Assembly: GCA_963705305.1 (NCBI GenBank) | Contig: OY970067.1 | Coordinates: forward strand, 2,912,001 to 2,976,000 | DNA: 64,000 nt | From: an uncultured Methylomirabilota bacterium | GTDB taxonomy: Bacteria > Methylomirabilota > Methylomirabilia > Methylomirabilales > 2-02-FULL-66-22 | Direction: 5' to 3' | In this document: positions 43,419-52,006 of the stretch, in pieces | Numbering within the stretch: the stretch's first letter is position 1 | How the letters are laid out: the number at the start of each line of letters is the position of its first letter | Notes under the pieces: model-generated | Databases searched by the model: none | What the model was told of the DNA's origin: nothing | What the model saw: the letters and a program-made list of their open reading frames with translations, nothing else | Program-made: the position numbers and the translations under genes

Positions 43419-44108
43419 ATGCTCATGAAACCTGACGACAAGCTTCGCGATTTGTCGATGCGCACGGGGAAGGCGGTCGCCCACTCTTGGAAGACTCGGA
43501 CAGGACAGCAAGATAGGCAGCGGAAGACCGGGAAGGCCGACCAGGGACTGCGCAGCGCCGTCACCGGCGGCGCGCAGATGGACGGATTCATCGACCTCTT
43601 CACGGAGTTGATAACGGCAGCCGGGATTTTTCCGTCCCCCAAAGAGTGGGACCTGCTCGTGGTGCGCGAGAAGACGCTCCTTGCCGCGATCGAGGCCAAG
43701 TCCCAGGTGGGTCCATCCTTTGGCAACAACTTCAACAACCGAACTGAGGAGGCGATCGGAAGCGCCCTTGACCTCTGGACCGCATACCGCGAACATGCCT
43801 ACCTGAGCAGCCCCCAGCCTTTCCTTGGCTATTTCTTCATGCTGGAAGACTGTGTCGCCTCCAATCGCCCGGTCAAGGTGCAGGAGCCGCATTTCAAAGT
43901 GTTTCCCGAATTCGTCGACGCCTCGTACATGCGCCGCTATGAAGTCTTCTGCCGCAAGCTCGTGCTGGAGCGGCATTACACGGCAGCGGCGTTCATCTCG
44001 TCCACGGCGTACGACGGGATTGGGGGACGCTTCTCGACGCCGGCGGACGACCTGTCCGTCGAGCGTTTCGCGAAGACACTCGCGGCCCACTTGGCCGCCT
44101 TTGCGTGA
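43419..44108 (+). CDS. XhoI/PaeR7I family type II restriction endonuclease (possibly internally deleted)
   Basis: RSAVTGGAQMDGF, WDLLV, AIEAKSQVGPSFGNNFNNRTEEAIG, CRKLVLERHY. Confidence 0.85.
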   Translation: MLMKPDDKLRDLSMRTGKAVAHSWKTRTGQQDRQRKTGKADQGLRSAVTGGAQMDGFIDLFTELITAAGIFPSPKEWDLLVVREKTLLAAIEAKSQVGPSFGNNFNNRTEEAIGSALDLWTAYREHAYLSSPQPFLGYFFMLEDCVASNRPVKVQEPHFKVFPEFVDASYMRRYEVFCRKLVLERHYTAAAFISSTAYDGIGGRFSTPADDLSVERFAKTLAAHLAAFA

Positions 44109-44112
44109 ACCC

Positions 44113-45020
44113 ATGGTCACTACGATTCACAGGCTGATCAACGGCGACGCGAGGGAGCTCGCGTACCTGGATGATGCTTCGGTTCATCTTGTCGTCACGT
44201 CTCCCCCGTATTGGAATCTGAAGCGCTACAACGAGAACCCGGACCAGCTCGCCATATTCAGGACTACGAGGCGTTCCTGTTCGAGCTGGAAAAGGTCTGG
44301 CGGCATGTCTACAGGATCCTCGTGCCGGGTGGGCGACTCGTGTGTGTGGTGGGAGACGTCTGCGTCGCGCGCCGCGACTTCGGACGCCACCTCGTCTTTC
44401 CCCTCCACGCCGACATCTGTGTCATGTGTCGACGGATCGGATTCGACAACCTGAACCCCATCATCTGGCACAAGATCGCCAACGCCTCCTACGAAGTGGA
44501 AAACGGCTCCAAGTTTCTCGGAAAGCCCTACGAGCCGAATGCCATCGTGAAGAACGATATGGAGTTTATCCTGATGCAGCGAAAGCCCGGGGGCTACAGG
44601 AAACCAACGAACGCGCAACGAGAGGCAAGCAAGATTGCCAAAGACGACTTTGACCGGTGGTTTCAACAGATCTGGACCATCACCGGAGCCTCAACCAAAG
44701 ACTACCCAGCCCCCTTCCCGCTGGAACTTGCCACACGCCTGGTCCGCATGTTCTCCTTCACCGAGGACACGGTCCTGGACCCGTTCAGCGGGTCAGGCAC
44801 GACGATGGTCGCCGCCCTGCGCCACGGACGAAACAGCATTGGTGTTGAGATCGATCCGGAATACTGCCGCATGACCGCCCGGTATCTGAAAGCCGAGACG
44901 GCCGACCTCTTCACGAAAGCGGAACTTCGCTTTGAGAAAGCACCTACAGAAACCACCGCGTTCGTGAGAGAAGAGCGCGCCCTGTACGAGGTCCGGCCGG
45001 CCAGAAAGAAGCTTGAATAG
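44113..45020 (+). pseudogene. N4-C/N6-A DNA methyltransferase (beta class), one base missing near 44250
   Basis: VVTSPPYW in the first frame; IIWHK, PAPFP, VLDPFSGSGTT, GVEID in the second; span is 3n+2. Confidence 0.85.
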
Positions 45021-45110
45021 TCAAACAAAACTGTGTCGGTCGAAAAGCTTGCCACGGCATTCCGGCGCCGCTAAGTTGGGCGTTGGGCGGGCGCGCCCTG
45101 CGGAGGCTTT

Positions 45111-45569
45111 ATGGTAGTCGTTTCACTGCGCGAGATCATCGAGGAGCTGGAGCTACAGAGCGAGGAGGCGGTTATCTATCTGAACCGTGTGACGGGCGAG
45201 ATTGTCCGAGTCTCGGAGGAGGAAAGCCGGCTGGTCGAAAACGACGAGCCGGACGACAGCCTACCGGAGTGGTAGCGGGAGATGCTCCCGAAAATCCGTG
45301 AGGCCCTCGAGTCCGATGACTTCCTCCAGTTGCCCAATCGTTTCGAGATCAATGAGTGGAGCATCATGGAGCGCTTTGCGGAGAGCCAAGAGAACCGCGA
45401 GCATCGAGAGGCCCTTCGCGAGGCGATTCACGGAAAGGGCGCGTTCCGGCGCTTTCGCGAAACGCTTCGTGACCTGGACCTCGAGGACGCATGGTACCGA
45501 TTTCGCGAGCTGGCGCTCGAGGAGATCGCCAAGGACTGGCTGAATGCCAACGGCATCAGCTACCGGTAG
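45111..45569 (+). pseudogene. UPF0158-like protein with in-frame TAG at 45273-45275
   Basis: GGAGG RBS; YLNRVTGEI...LPEW*REM...INEWSIMERF...AIHGKGAFRRF...WYRFR, all in one frame. Confidence 0.75.
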
Positions 45570-45574
45570 TAATT

Positions 45575-45603
45575 TTTGTGGGACGTTGCTGACTGAGTGG
45601 AAC
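45575..45603 (-). repeat. 29-bp dispersed repeat, copy B (inverted, degenerate)
   Basis: Reverse complement GTTCCACTCAGTCAGCAACGTCCCACAAA; 24/29 identical to copy A. Confidence 0.75.
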
Positions 45604-45725
45604 AACTCCCAGTAGCATCCCACCCGCTTCGGGGGATCAAGCGCGTGGAGGCATATCCCGGCAGACCCCGCTGACGTTTTCCCGCCGCACGTAATAACTG
45701 CTGTCGCCTCTGGCGACGAAACTAC

Positions 45726-45754
45726 AGTCCAATGAGTCAACAACGTCCCCCAAA
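45726..45754 (+). repeat. 29-bp dispersed repeat, copy C
   Basis: AGTCCAATGAGTCAACAACGTCCCCCAAA. Confidence 0.85.
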
Positions 45755-45899
45755 GTATCGGGCGGCCGCCTATGAACTGGGGGACGCTGCATTATCTGCG
45801 CAATTCATGACCTCGCGCGCGCGCCGGGTGCATGACATCGTGCGGGCGAGATGCTAGACTGCCTCAGCGCTTTTGCGTGCTGTCACAACGGGAGGCCCA

Positions 45900-46202
45900 G
45901 TGGCCCACACCTGCATCATTCAGGGAGAGCGCGGGGTGCCGGACGACGGCTATCGAGCCGTGATTGAGATCACCGCCAACATCCCCATGCCCGGCAGCAG
46001 TAACGCCGTCCGCGGTCTGTCGCCTTGGATCACCACCATCCTCCCATGCCCGGATTGCGGCCAGACGATGCTGTGGGCCGAGAACAGATATGGTCCCTGG
46101 CACCGGATCTGCGAAGGCTGCGGCTCTCACTGGACCGTGACCCCCGAGGACATGGTCGAGGACCGGCAACGCGTTGTGATCCAGCGCGCCAGGTTCCCTT
46201 AG
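45900..46202 (+). CDS. Hypothetical zinc-ribbon protein
   Basis: GGAGG RBS then GTG; CPDCG...CEGCG pair. Confidence 0.55.
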   Translation: MAHTCIIQGERGVPDDGYRAVIEITANIPMPGSSNAVRGLSPWITTILPCPDCGQTMLWAENRYGPWHRICEGCGSHWTVTPEDMVEDRQRVVIQRARFP

Positions 46203-46221
46203 GCCAGGTCCAGATTTCGGA

Positions 46222-46361
46222 CTCACGCAAAGATCGCCAAGACAAGCCGTTCATTTCGAAATTCGAACTTCGAAATTCGAATTTTCCCTGCACTACTTTG
46301 CGACCTTTGCGTCTTGGCGTGAGGAATATCCAAGTGTGGTCTCACGCAAAGATCTCCAGGA
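46222..46361. repeat. REP-like short inverted and tandem repeats
   Basis: CTCACGCAAAGATC at 46222 and 46341; inverted related units at 46296-46323; (NTTCGAA)x4 at 46254-46281. Confidence 0.65.
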
Positions 46362-46382
46362 TTGAGGGGAAGGGTGGAGCCG

Positions 46383-46766
46383 ATGTGGAAGTACGCGCTC
46401 GCCTGGGTGCCGATGGTCCTCATCGCCATCCTAAACGGGGCCGTGCGGGAGGTGTGGTACGGGAAGTCCCTCGGTGAATTGCGCGCCCACCAGCTCTCCA
46501 CGCTGATCGGCGCGGTGCTTCTTGGGCTTTACATCTGGGGGATCTCCCGGCTCTGGCCGCTGGCATCGGGGCACCAGGCCCTGGCCGTGGGTGTACTCTG
46601 GCTGGTTCTGACCGTGGGCTTCGAGTTCCTGTTCGGGCACTACGTCGTCGGACACCCCTGGACCCGACTGTTCCACGACTACGACCTCCTGGCCGGGCGC
46701 GTCTGGAGCCTGCTCCTCCTCTGGGTGACGGTTGCGCCCTATCTCTTCTACCGCCTGGGCCGCTAG
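46383..46766 (+). CDS. Hypothetical membrane protein (4 TM)
   Basis: Hydrophobic ORF with NGAVRE, AHQLST, LTVGFEFLFGHY; plausible codon usage. Confidence 0.75.
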   Translation: MWKYALAWVPMVLIAILNGAVREVWYGKSLGELRAHQLSTLIGAVLLGLYIWGISRLWPLASGHQALAVGVLWLVLTVGFEFLFGHYVVGHPWTRLFHDYDLLAGRVWSLLLLWVTVAPYLFYRLGR

Positions 46767-47936
46767 TCTAGTGTGTCATAAATACGGTGACTTATAGTAC
46801 GTACTCTGGTATGCTCCTCGGTGAGGAGGAGCAAGCCATGCGTGTGGCGGTGCCGATTGTGCTGAGCCCGCAGGAACGCACCATCTTGGAACGCTGGGCA
46901 CGGGGGCGGCGCACCCCCGCGCGCCTCGTGCGCCGGGCGCAGATCGTCCTGCGCGCGGCGGCGGGGCAGCGGAACGACGAGGTCGCCCGGGCCCTGGACA
47001 CGGATCGCGAGTGTGTGGGTCGGTGGCGGACTCGCTTCGCCCAGCAGCGGCTGGCCGGGATCGAGCGGGATGCCCCGCGCCCCGGCCGGACGCCCGCCAT
47101 CGCCCCGGCGGTCCTGCAGCGCATCGTCACCCTGACGACAACCAGCGCGCCGCCCGCCGCCACCCACTGGAGCACGCGGACCCTGGCGGCCGCGGTCGGC
47201 GTGAGCCCGAAGACCGTGCACCGGGTCTGGCAGGCCCACGGCCTGAAGCCGCATCGGGTCCGCCCGTTCAAGGTGAGCCGCGACCGGCGGTTCCTCGAGA
47301 AGCTGACCGATGTGGTGGGGCTGTACCTGAATCCCCCTGAGCACGCGTTGGTGCTGTGCGCCGACGAGAAGAGCCAGATCCAAGCGCTCGACCGCACCCA
47401 ACCCGGCCTCCCGCTGAAGAAGGGCCGGTGCGGCACCCTGACCCACGACTACAAGCGGAACGGCACGACCACGCTCTTCGCCGCCCTGGGGCTCGTGACG
47501 GGCCAGCTCATCGGCACGTGCCTGCCCAAGCATCGGCACCAGGAGTGGCTCCGGTTCCTCCGGCTGATCGACGCGCAGACCCCGCCCGACCTGGACCTCC
47601 ACCTGATCGTGGACAACTACGCCACCCATAAACACCCTGCGGTCCAGCGCTGGCTCGCCCGCCACCCACGCTTCCACATGCACTTCATTCCGACCAGCAG
47701 CTCGTGGTTGAATCTCATCGAGCGGTGGTTCCGGGAGCTCACGACCAAGCGGCTCCGCCGGGGCGTCTTCAAGAGCGTCGCCGACCTCATCGCCGCCATT
47801 GAGGCCTTCATCGCACACCACAACCGCCACCCCCGGTCGTTCACCTGGACGGCCAAGGTGGAGGACATCCTGGCGAAAGTCGAGCGGGCTCGAGCAGTGC
47901 TGCATAAGATGGCATCTGTGTGACACGGTAGACTAG
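46763..47936 (+). mobile_element. IS630 family insertion sequence
   Basis: Ends CTAGTCTAGTGTGTCA / TGACACGGTAGACTAG (14/16 inverted match), CTAG at both ends, transposase inside. Confidence 0.92.
46838..47923 (+). CDS. IS630 family transposase
   Basis: HTH region, [41 protein letters not shown] (DDE). Confidence 0.96.
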   Translation: MRVAVPIVLSPQERTILERWARGRRTPARLVRRAQIVLRAAAGQRNDEVARALDTDRECVGRWRTRFAQQRLAGIERDAPRPGRTPAIAPAVLQRIVTLTTTSAPPAATHWSTRTLAAAVGVSPKTVHRVWQAHGLKPHRVRPFKVSRDRRFLEKLTDVVGLYLNPPEHALVLCADEKSQIQALDRTQPGLPLKKGRCGTLTHDYKRNGTTTLFAALGLVTGQLIGTCLPKHRHQEWLRFLRLIDAQTPPDLDLHLIVDNYATHKHPAVQRWLARHPRFHMHFIPTSSSWLNLIERWFRELTTKRLRRGVFKSVADLIAAIEAFIAHHNRHPRSFTWTAKVEDILAKVERARAVLHKMASV

Positions 47937-48091
47937 CAGGCTGCTGAAAAGCGCCCATATGCGGCGTTGCCCCGCTCCCGCGGCGCTGCGGCGTACGGGC
48001 TAAGTACGCCTCGCGCCTCGGATCGCGTGCGCCTTGCATCTGGGCGTTTTGAGCAGCCTCAGCGAAATCGAGCTCTTCAGCATCCCGCTAA
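47933..48091. mobile_element. MITE-like element, copy 2
   Basis: CTAGCAGGCTGCTGAAAA...TTCAGCATCCCGCTAA; colinear with 27775-27935 (shared GCGGCGTTGC, GCTGCGGCGTACGGGC, AAGTACGCCTCGCGCC, GCCTTGCATCTGGGC). Confidence 0.8.
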
Positions 48092-48400
48092 CCGGCCGGG
48101 ACTCCTCTGACCCGCGGCATGCCTCCCTCGCCGCACCTTCGCTCCGTCTTTTGCTCTGCCCGGAGAGCGCGCATGCCACGGTTGCCCTTGTCCCCCGCCC
48201 GTGCCCGCCGTAAGCGCTTGGGTTCTTCGAGGAGAGAGTCCGAACGAGGATGGACGAACAACGAGGTGTGCGATAAGATCGCCACCGACGGTGGCGTCGG
48301 GGTCTTCGGGGCAGGGAGCGGGGAGAAGCCATGAAGGCGAAGCCCCTCGGAACGCCTGGGGACAAGGGAGACCGACGGCGCTCCACCAAGGAGATCGACG

Positions 48401-50815
48401 ATGGCGATGACCAGCTGCCAGGGGATCCGGGAACAAGGTACCTTCCAGGGCGCGAGTCGGGCCACTCCCCGCATCCGGCGCCTGCGGGAGCGGATGCTGG
48501 CGGCCGTTCCGGAGATCACCGTTGAGCGGGCCGTCGTGATCACCGAGTCCTACCGGGAGACGGAGGCAGAGCCGATCGAGATCCGCCGCGCGCTGGCGCT
48601 GGACAGGATCCTCCGGCGCATGACGATCTTCATCCTGGAGGACGAGCTGATCGTCGGCCACCTGTGCGACAAGTATCGCTGCTCGCCGGTCCACCCCGAG
48701 GTGAACGTCCAGTGGATTCTGGACGACGAAGAGCTGGAGTCCATCCAGACGCGGCGCCAGAACCGGCTTCTGGTCTCCGACGAGACGAAGGCCGCGCTGC
48801 GCGAGGTGGCCCGCTACTGGCAGGGCAAGACCCTCTTCGACAGGTCGTGGGCCGCCCTCCCGGAGTCGGTGCGACGCATGCGGCGGACGGGGGGCATGAC
48901 CCTGGCCCACGAGAAGAACATGCTGGGCCACTGCATCCCCGACTGGAATCATCTGCTCCAGCAGGGCTTCGGCGGCCTGCGGGAAGAGGTGGAGGCCAGG
49001 CTGGGCCGGCTCAACCTGGCCGACCCCGACGACCTCGCCAAGTGGAACTTCCTGCGATCCCTGGTCATCGTCATCGACGCCTGCTCGGCCTTTATCCGGC
49101 GCTACGCCGCTCTGGCGGCGCAGATGGCGGACGCCGCCCCCGAGGGGGAGCGCCGGGCGGAGCTCCAGCGGATCGCCGCAGTGTGCGAGGCCATAGCGGT
49201 GGGTCCGCCGCGGGGCTTCCAGGAGGCGCTGCAGCTCCTCTGGTTCGGCCACCTGGTCACGGTCATCGAGGGGGACGCGCGCTCCACCTCGTACGGCCGG
49301 CTGGATCAGTACATGCTCCCGTTCTACCGGCGGGACATCGAGGCGGGCACTCTCACGCCGGAGCGGGCGCAGGAGCTGCTGGAGTGCTTCTGGATCAAGC
49401 CCAACGAGATGATCCTGCTGGACGACCGCGAGCACGCCACGTACCGGGGCGGGTATCCGAACGGGTGGAACCTGGTGGTGGGCGGGATGACCAGGGAGGG
49501 GCTCGACGCCGCCAACGAGCTGTCCTACATGTGCCTGCAGGCCTTCGAGGACGTGCGGCTGTTCCAGCCCAACTTCGGGGTGCGCATCTTCCGCGGCTCC
49601 CCCGAGCCGTTCCTGCGCCGCACCTACGAGGTCATCGGCCTGGGGACGGGGATTCCCCAGGTCTTCAACGACGAGGTCGTCGTGCAGGCGTTGGCGCGCT
49701 CGGGCCTCCCCATCGAGGAGGCTCGCGATTATACGGCCACCGGCTGTGTGGAGCACGCGACGCCGGCGGTGTGGATTCGCGGGAACGGCGGCTGGATCAA
49801 TCTGGCCAAGGCCGTCGAGTTCGCTCTGAACGACGGCCGCTGCGCCCTGACCGGGCAGCAGGTGGGCCTCCGGACGGGAGACGCCGCATCGTTCCAGACG
49901 TACGAGGAGTTCGAGGCGGCCGTGAAAAGACAGCTCGCCTACGAGATCGAGCAGATGGTGATCGAGAACAACATCATCGATGGGATTCATGCCGGGCTGG
50001 TCCCGGAGCTGCTCGTCTCGCTGCTCATCCGCGACTGCGTGGCGAAAGGAAGGTCGGCAGCCGCGGGGGGAGCGCGATACAACTACACCAGTCCCATGTC
50101 CATCGGCGTGGCGACGTTGGCCGACTCCCTGGCCGCCGTGAAGAAACTGGTCTTCGAAGAGCGGCGGATCGAGATAGACACGCTGCGCGCCGCCCTGGCC
50201 GCCGATTTTGTGGGGGTTGAGACGCTCCGGCAGATGCTGTGCAATCGCGCGCCGAAGTACGGGAACGACGACGATTACGTGGATCGCATCGCGATCGAGA
50301 TGCAGCGCTTCTTCGCTGAGGAGCTCCGGGAATACCGGTCGCCCCGGGGCGGGACCTTCCGGCCGGGCTTCTGGACGGTCCTGGCCAACATGGGCCTGGG
50401 GCGGCTGACGGGGGCCACCCCCGACGGGCGAAAGGCGGGGGAGCCGCTATCGGATTCCATCGGCCCCTCCAACGGCTGCGACCGGCAGGACACCACGGCG
50501 GTGCTCTGCTCCGCCGGGAAGATCGACCAGACGCTGGCGGCGAACGGGACGGTCCTGAACCTGCGGTTGTCTCCGGCCCTGGTCGCGGGCCAGGGGGGTG
50601 TGTCCCGCATCGGTCATCTCATCAAGTCGTATTTCGACATGGGGGGCGGCCAGCTGGCCATCACGGTGGTATCCACGGACACCCTGCGCGAGGCCCAGCG
50701 GCACCCCGATCGCTACCGGGATCTCTTGGTGAAAGTGGCCGGGTACGCCGCCTTCTTCGTGGAACTGGGCGAGCAGGCGCAGAACGAGATCATCCTCAGA
50801 AGCGAGCACAGCTGA
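48401..50815 (+). CDS. Glycyl radical enzyme (PFL2/dehydratase-like, class unassigned)
   Basis: GRLDQY, QPNF, Cys loop ATGCVEH, APKYGND, GATPDGR, Gly loop LLVKVAGY; cognate activase downstream. Confidence 0.93.
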   Translation: MAMTSCQGIREQGTFQGASRATPRIRRLRERMLAAVPEITVERAVVITESYRETEAEPIEIRRALALDRILRRMTIFILEDELIVGHLCDKYRCSPVHPEVNVQWILDDEELESIQTRRQNRLLVSDETKAALREVARYWQGKTLFDRSWAALPESVRRMRRTGGMTLAHEKNMLGHCIPDWNHLLQQGFGGLREEVEARLGRLNLADPDDLAKWNFLRSLVIVIDACSAFIRRYAALAAQMADAAPEGERRAELQRIAAVCEAIAVGPPRGFQEALQLLWFGHLVTVIEGDARSTSYGRLDQYMLPFYRRDIEAGTLTPERAQELLECFWIKPNEMILLDDREHATYRGGYPNGWNLVVGGMTREGLDAANELSYMCLQAFEDVRLFQPNFGVRIFRGSPEPFLRRTYEVIGLGTGIPQVFNDEVVVQALARSGLPIEEARDYTATGCVEHATPAVWIRGNGGWINLAKAVEFALNDGRCALTGQQVGLRTGDAASFQTYEEFEAAVKRQLAYEIEQMVIENNIIDGIHAGLVPELLVSLLIRDCVAKGRSAAAGGARYNYTSPMSIGVATLADSLAAVKKLVFEERRIEIDTLRAALAADFVGVETLRQMLCNRAPKYGNDDDYVDRIAIEMQRFFAEELREYRSPRGGTFRPGFWTVLANMGLGRLTGATPDGRKAGEPLSDSIGPSNGCDRQDTTAVLCSAGKIDQTLAANGTVLNLRLSPALVAGQGGVSRIGHLIKSYFDMGGGQLAITVVSTDTLREAQRHPDRYRDLLVKVAGYAAFFVELGEQAQNEIILRSEHS

Positions 50816-51780
50816 TGGGGCCGACGGAGGGACAGGCCCGCGCCGCCGGCCCGCTGGCGGAGGCGACGGGTGACACGGCGCGCGGGCTCGTGGCCAGCAT
50901 ACGCCGCTTGGCCGTCCACGACGGCCCCGGCATCCGGACGATCGTCTTCATGAAGGGATGCCCCCTGCGGTGCGTCTGGTGCGCCGCCCCCGAGACCCAG
51001 TTGCCGGGTCGGGAGATCCTCCACTATCCCGAGCGCTGTCTCGGCTGCGAACTGTGCCGCCAGGCCTGCCCCGAGGGGGCCATCGCGGTCGCTTCGGACG
51101 CGGACCGCCGCATCGACCGGTCTCGCTGCACCCTATGCGGCCGCTGCGTCGAGGCATGCGCGGCCGAGGCGTTGCAGATGCCGGCCCGCGAGATGAGCGC
51201 GGCCGAGGTGCTGGCCGAGGTGGAGCGGGACCGGATGTTCTACCGGCACTCCGGCGGGGGGGTGACCATCTCCGGGGGGGAGCCCTTGATGCAGCCGGCC
51301 TTCACGTCGGCCCTTCTCCGCTCCTGCCGGCAGGCCGGCCTCCACACGGCGATGGAGACCTCTGGGCTCCAGTCCTGGGAGGTCTTCGCCGCCACGCTGG
51401 TCGACCTGGACCTTCTGCTGTACGATCTGAAGCTCATGGACCCCGAGGCGCACCGTCAATATACCGGCGCCTCCAACGAGCGGATCCTCGAAAATTTGGA
51501 GCGGGCCGTGGCCCGCGGAATTCCGACCGTCGTGCGCATCCCCGTGATCCCCGGATTCACCGACCAGGATTCCAACATCCTCGCCATGCGCCAGCTCCTC
51601 CGGGGCATCGGGCCGATCCGGCGCATCGATCTCTTGCCGTACCACCGGCTGGGGGAGGCGATGTACGCACGGCTGGGGCGGGAGTATGCCCTGAGCCTCC
51701 CGTTGGTGACCGACGAGCGGCTGGAGCACGTGGCCGGGCTGCTGCAGGCGGCAGGCTTTGTGGTCCAGGTCGGCGGGTGA
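50815..51780 (+). CDS. Glycyl-radical enzyme activase (radical SAM with ferredoxin insert)
   Basis: HDGPGIRT, KGCPLRCVWC, two CxxCxxCxxxC motifs, GGVTISGGEP, LLPYH. Confidence 0.95.
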   Translation: MGPTEGQARAAGPLAEATGDTARGLVASIRRLAVHDGPGIRTIVFMKGCPLRCVWCAAPETQLPGREILHYPERCLGCELCRQACPEGAIAVASDADRRIDRSRCTLCGRCVEACAAEALQMPAREMSAAEVLAEVERDRMFYRHSGGGVTISGGEPLMQPAFTSALLRSCRQAGLHTAMETSGLQSWEVFAATLVDLDLLLYDLKLMDPEAHRQYTGASNERILENLERAVARGIPTVVRIPVIPGFTDQDSNILAMRQLLRGIGPIRRIDLLPYHRLGEAMYARLGREYALSLPLVTDERLEHVAGLLQAAGFVVQVGG

Positions 51781-52006
51781 GCCGGTTTTCGAATCCTTCG
51801 GCATTCATCCCGCGCGCGCCGCCGCCGGTCGGCAAGGCTTGCCCTTGTGTCATCTCCACAGCTGCGGTACTCTTCCTTCCGGCTTGGCCCGCGTCCGGCG
51901 GGACCTGATCGAGTGTGAATTCGTCCTGGCGGTTCCGTCCAACGAGACAGGCGGAACTACGCGTCCGCCGTGGAGACCCTCCATCCCATGAAAGGAGCCC
52001 TCGCCC

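Noticed and set aside
45273..45275. Pyrrolysine or other recoding of TAG
   Set aside because: It is a single instance at a position where Gln fits, TAG is used as a normal stop throughout the window, and no pyl genes are present here.
43318..46361. CRISPR array
   Set aside because: The repeats are few, irregularly spaced and in mixed orientation; there are no cas genes.
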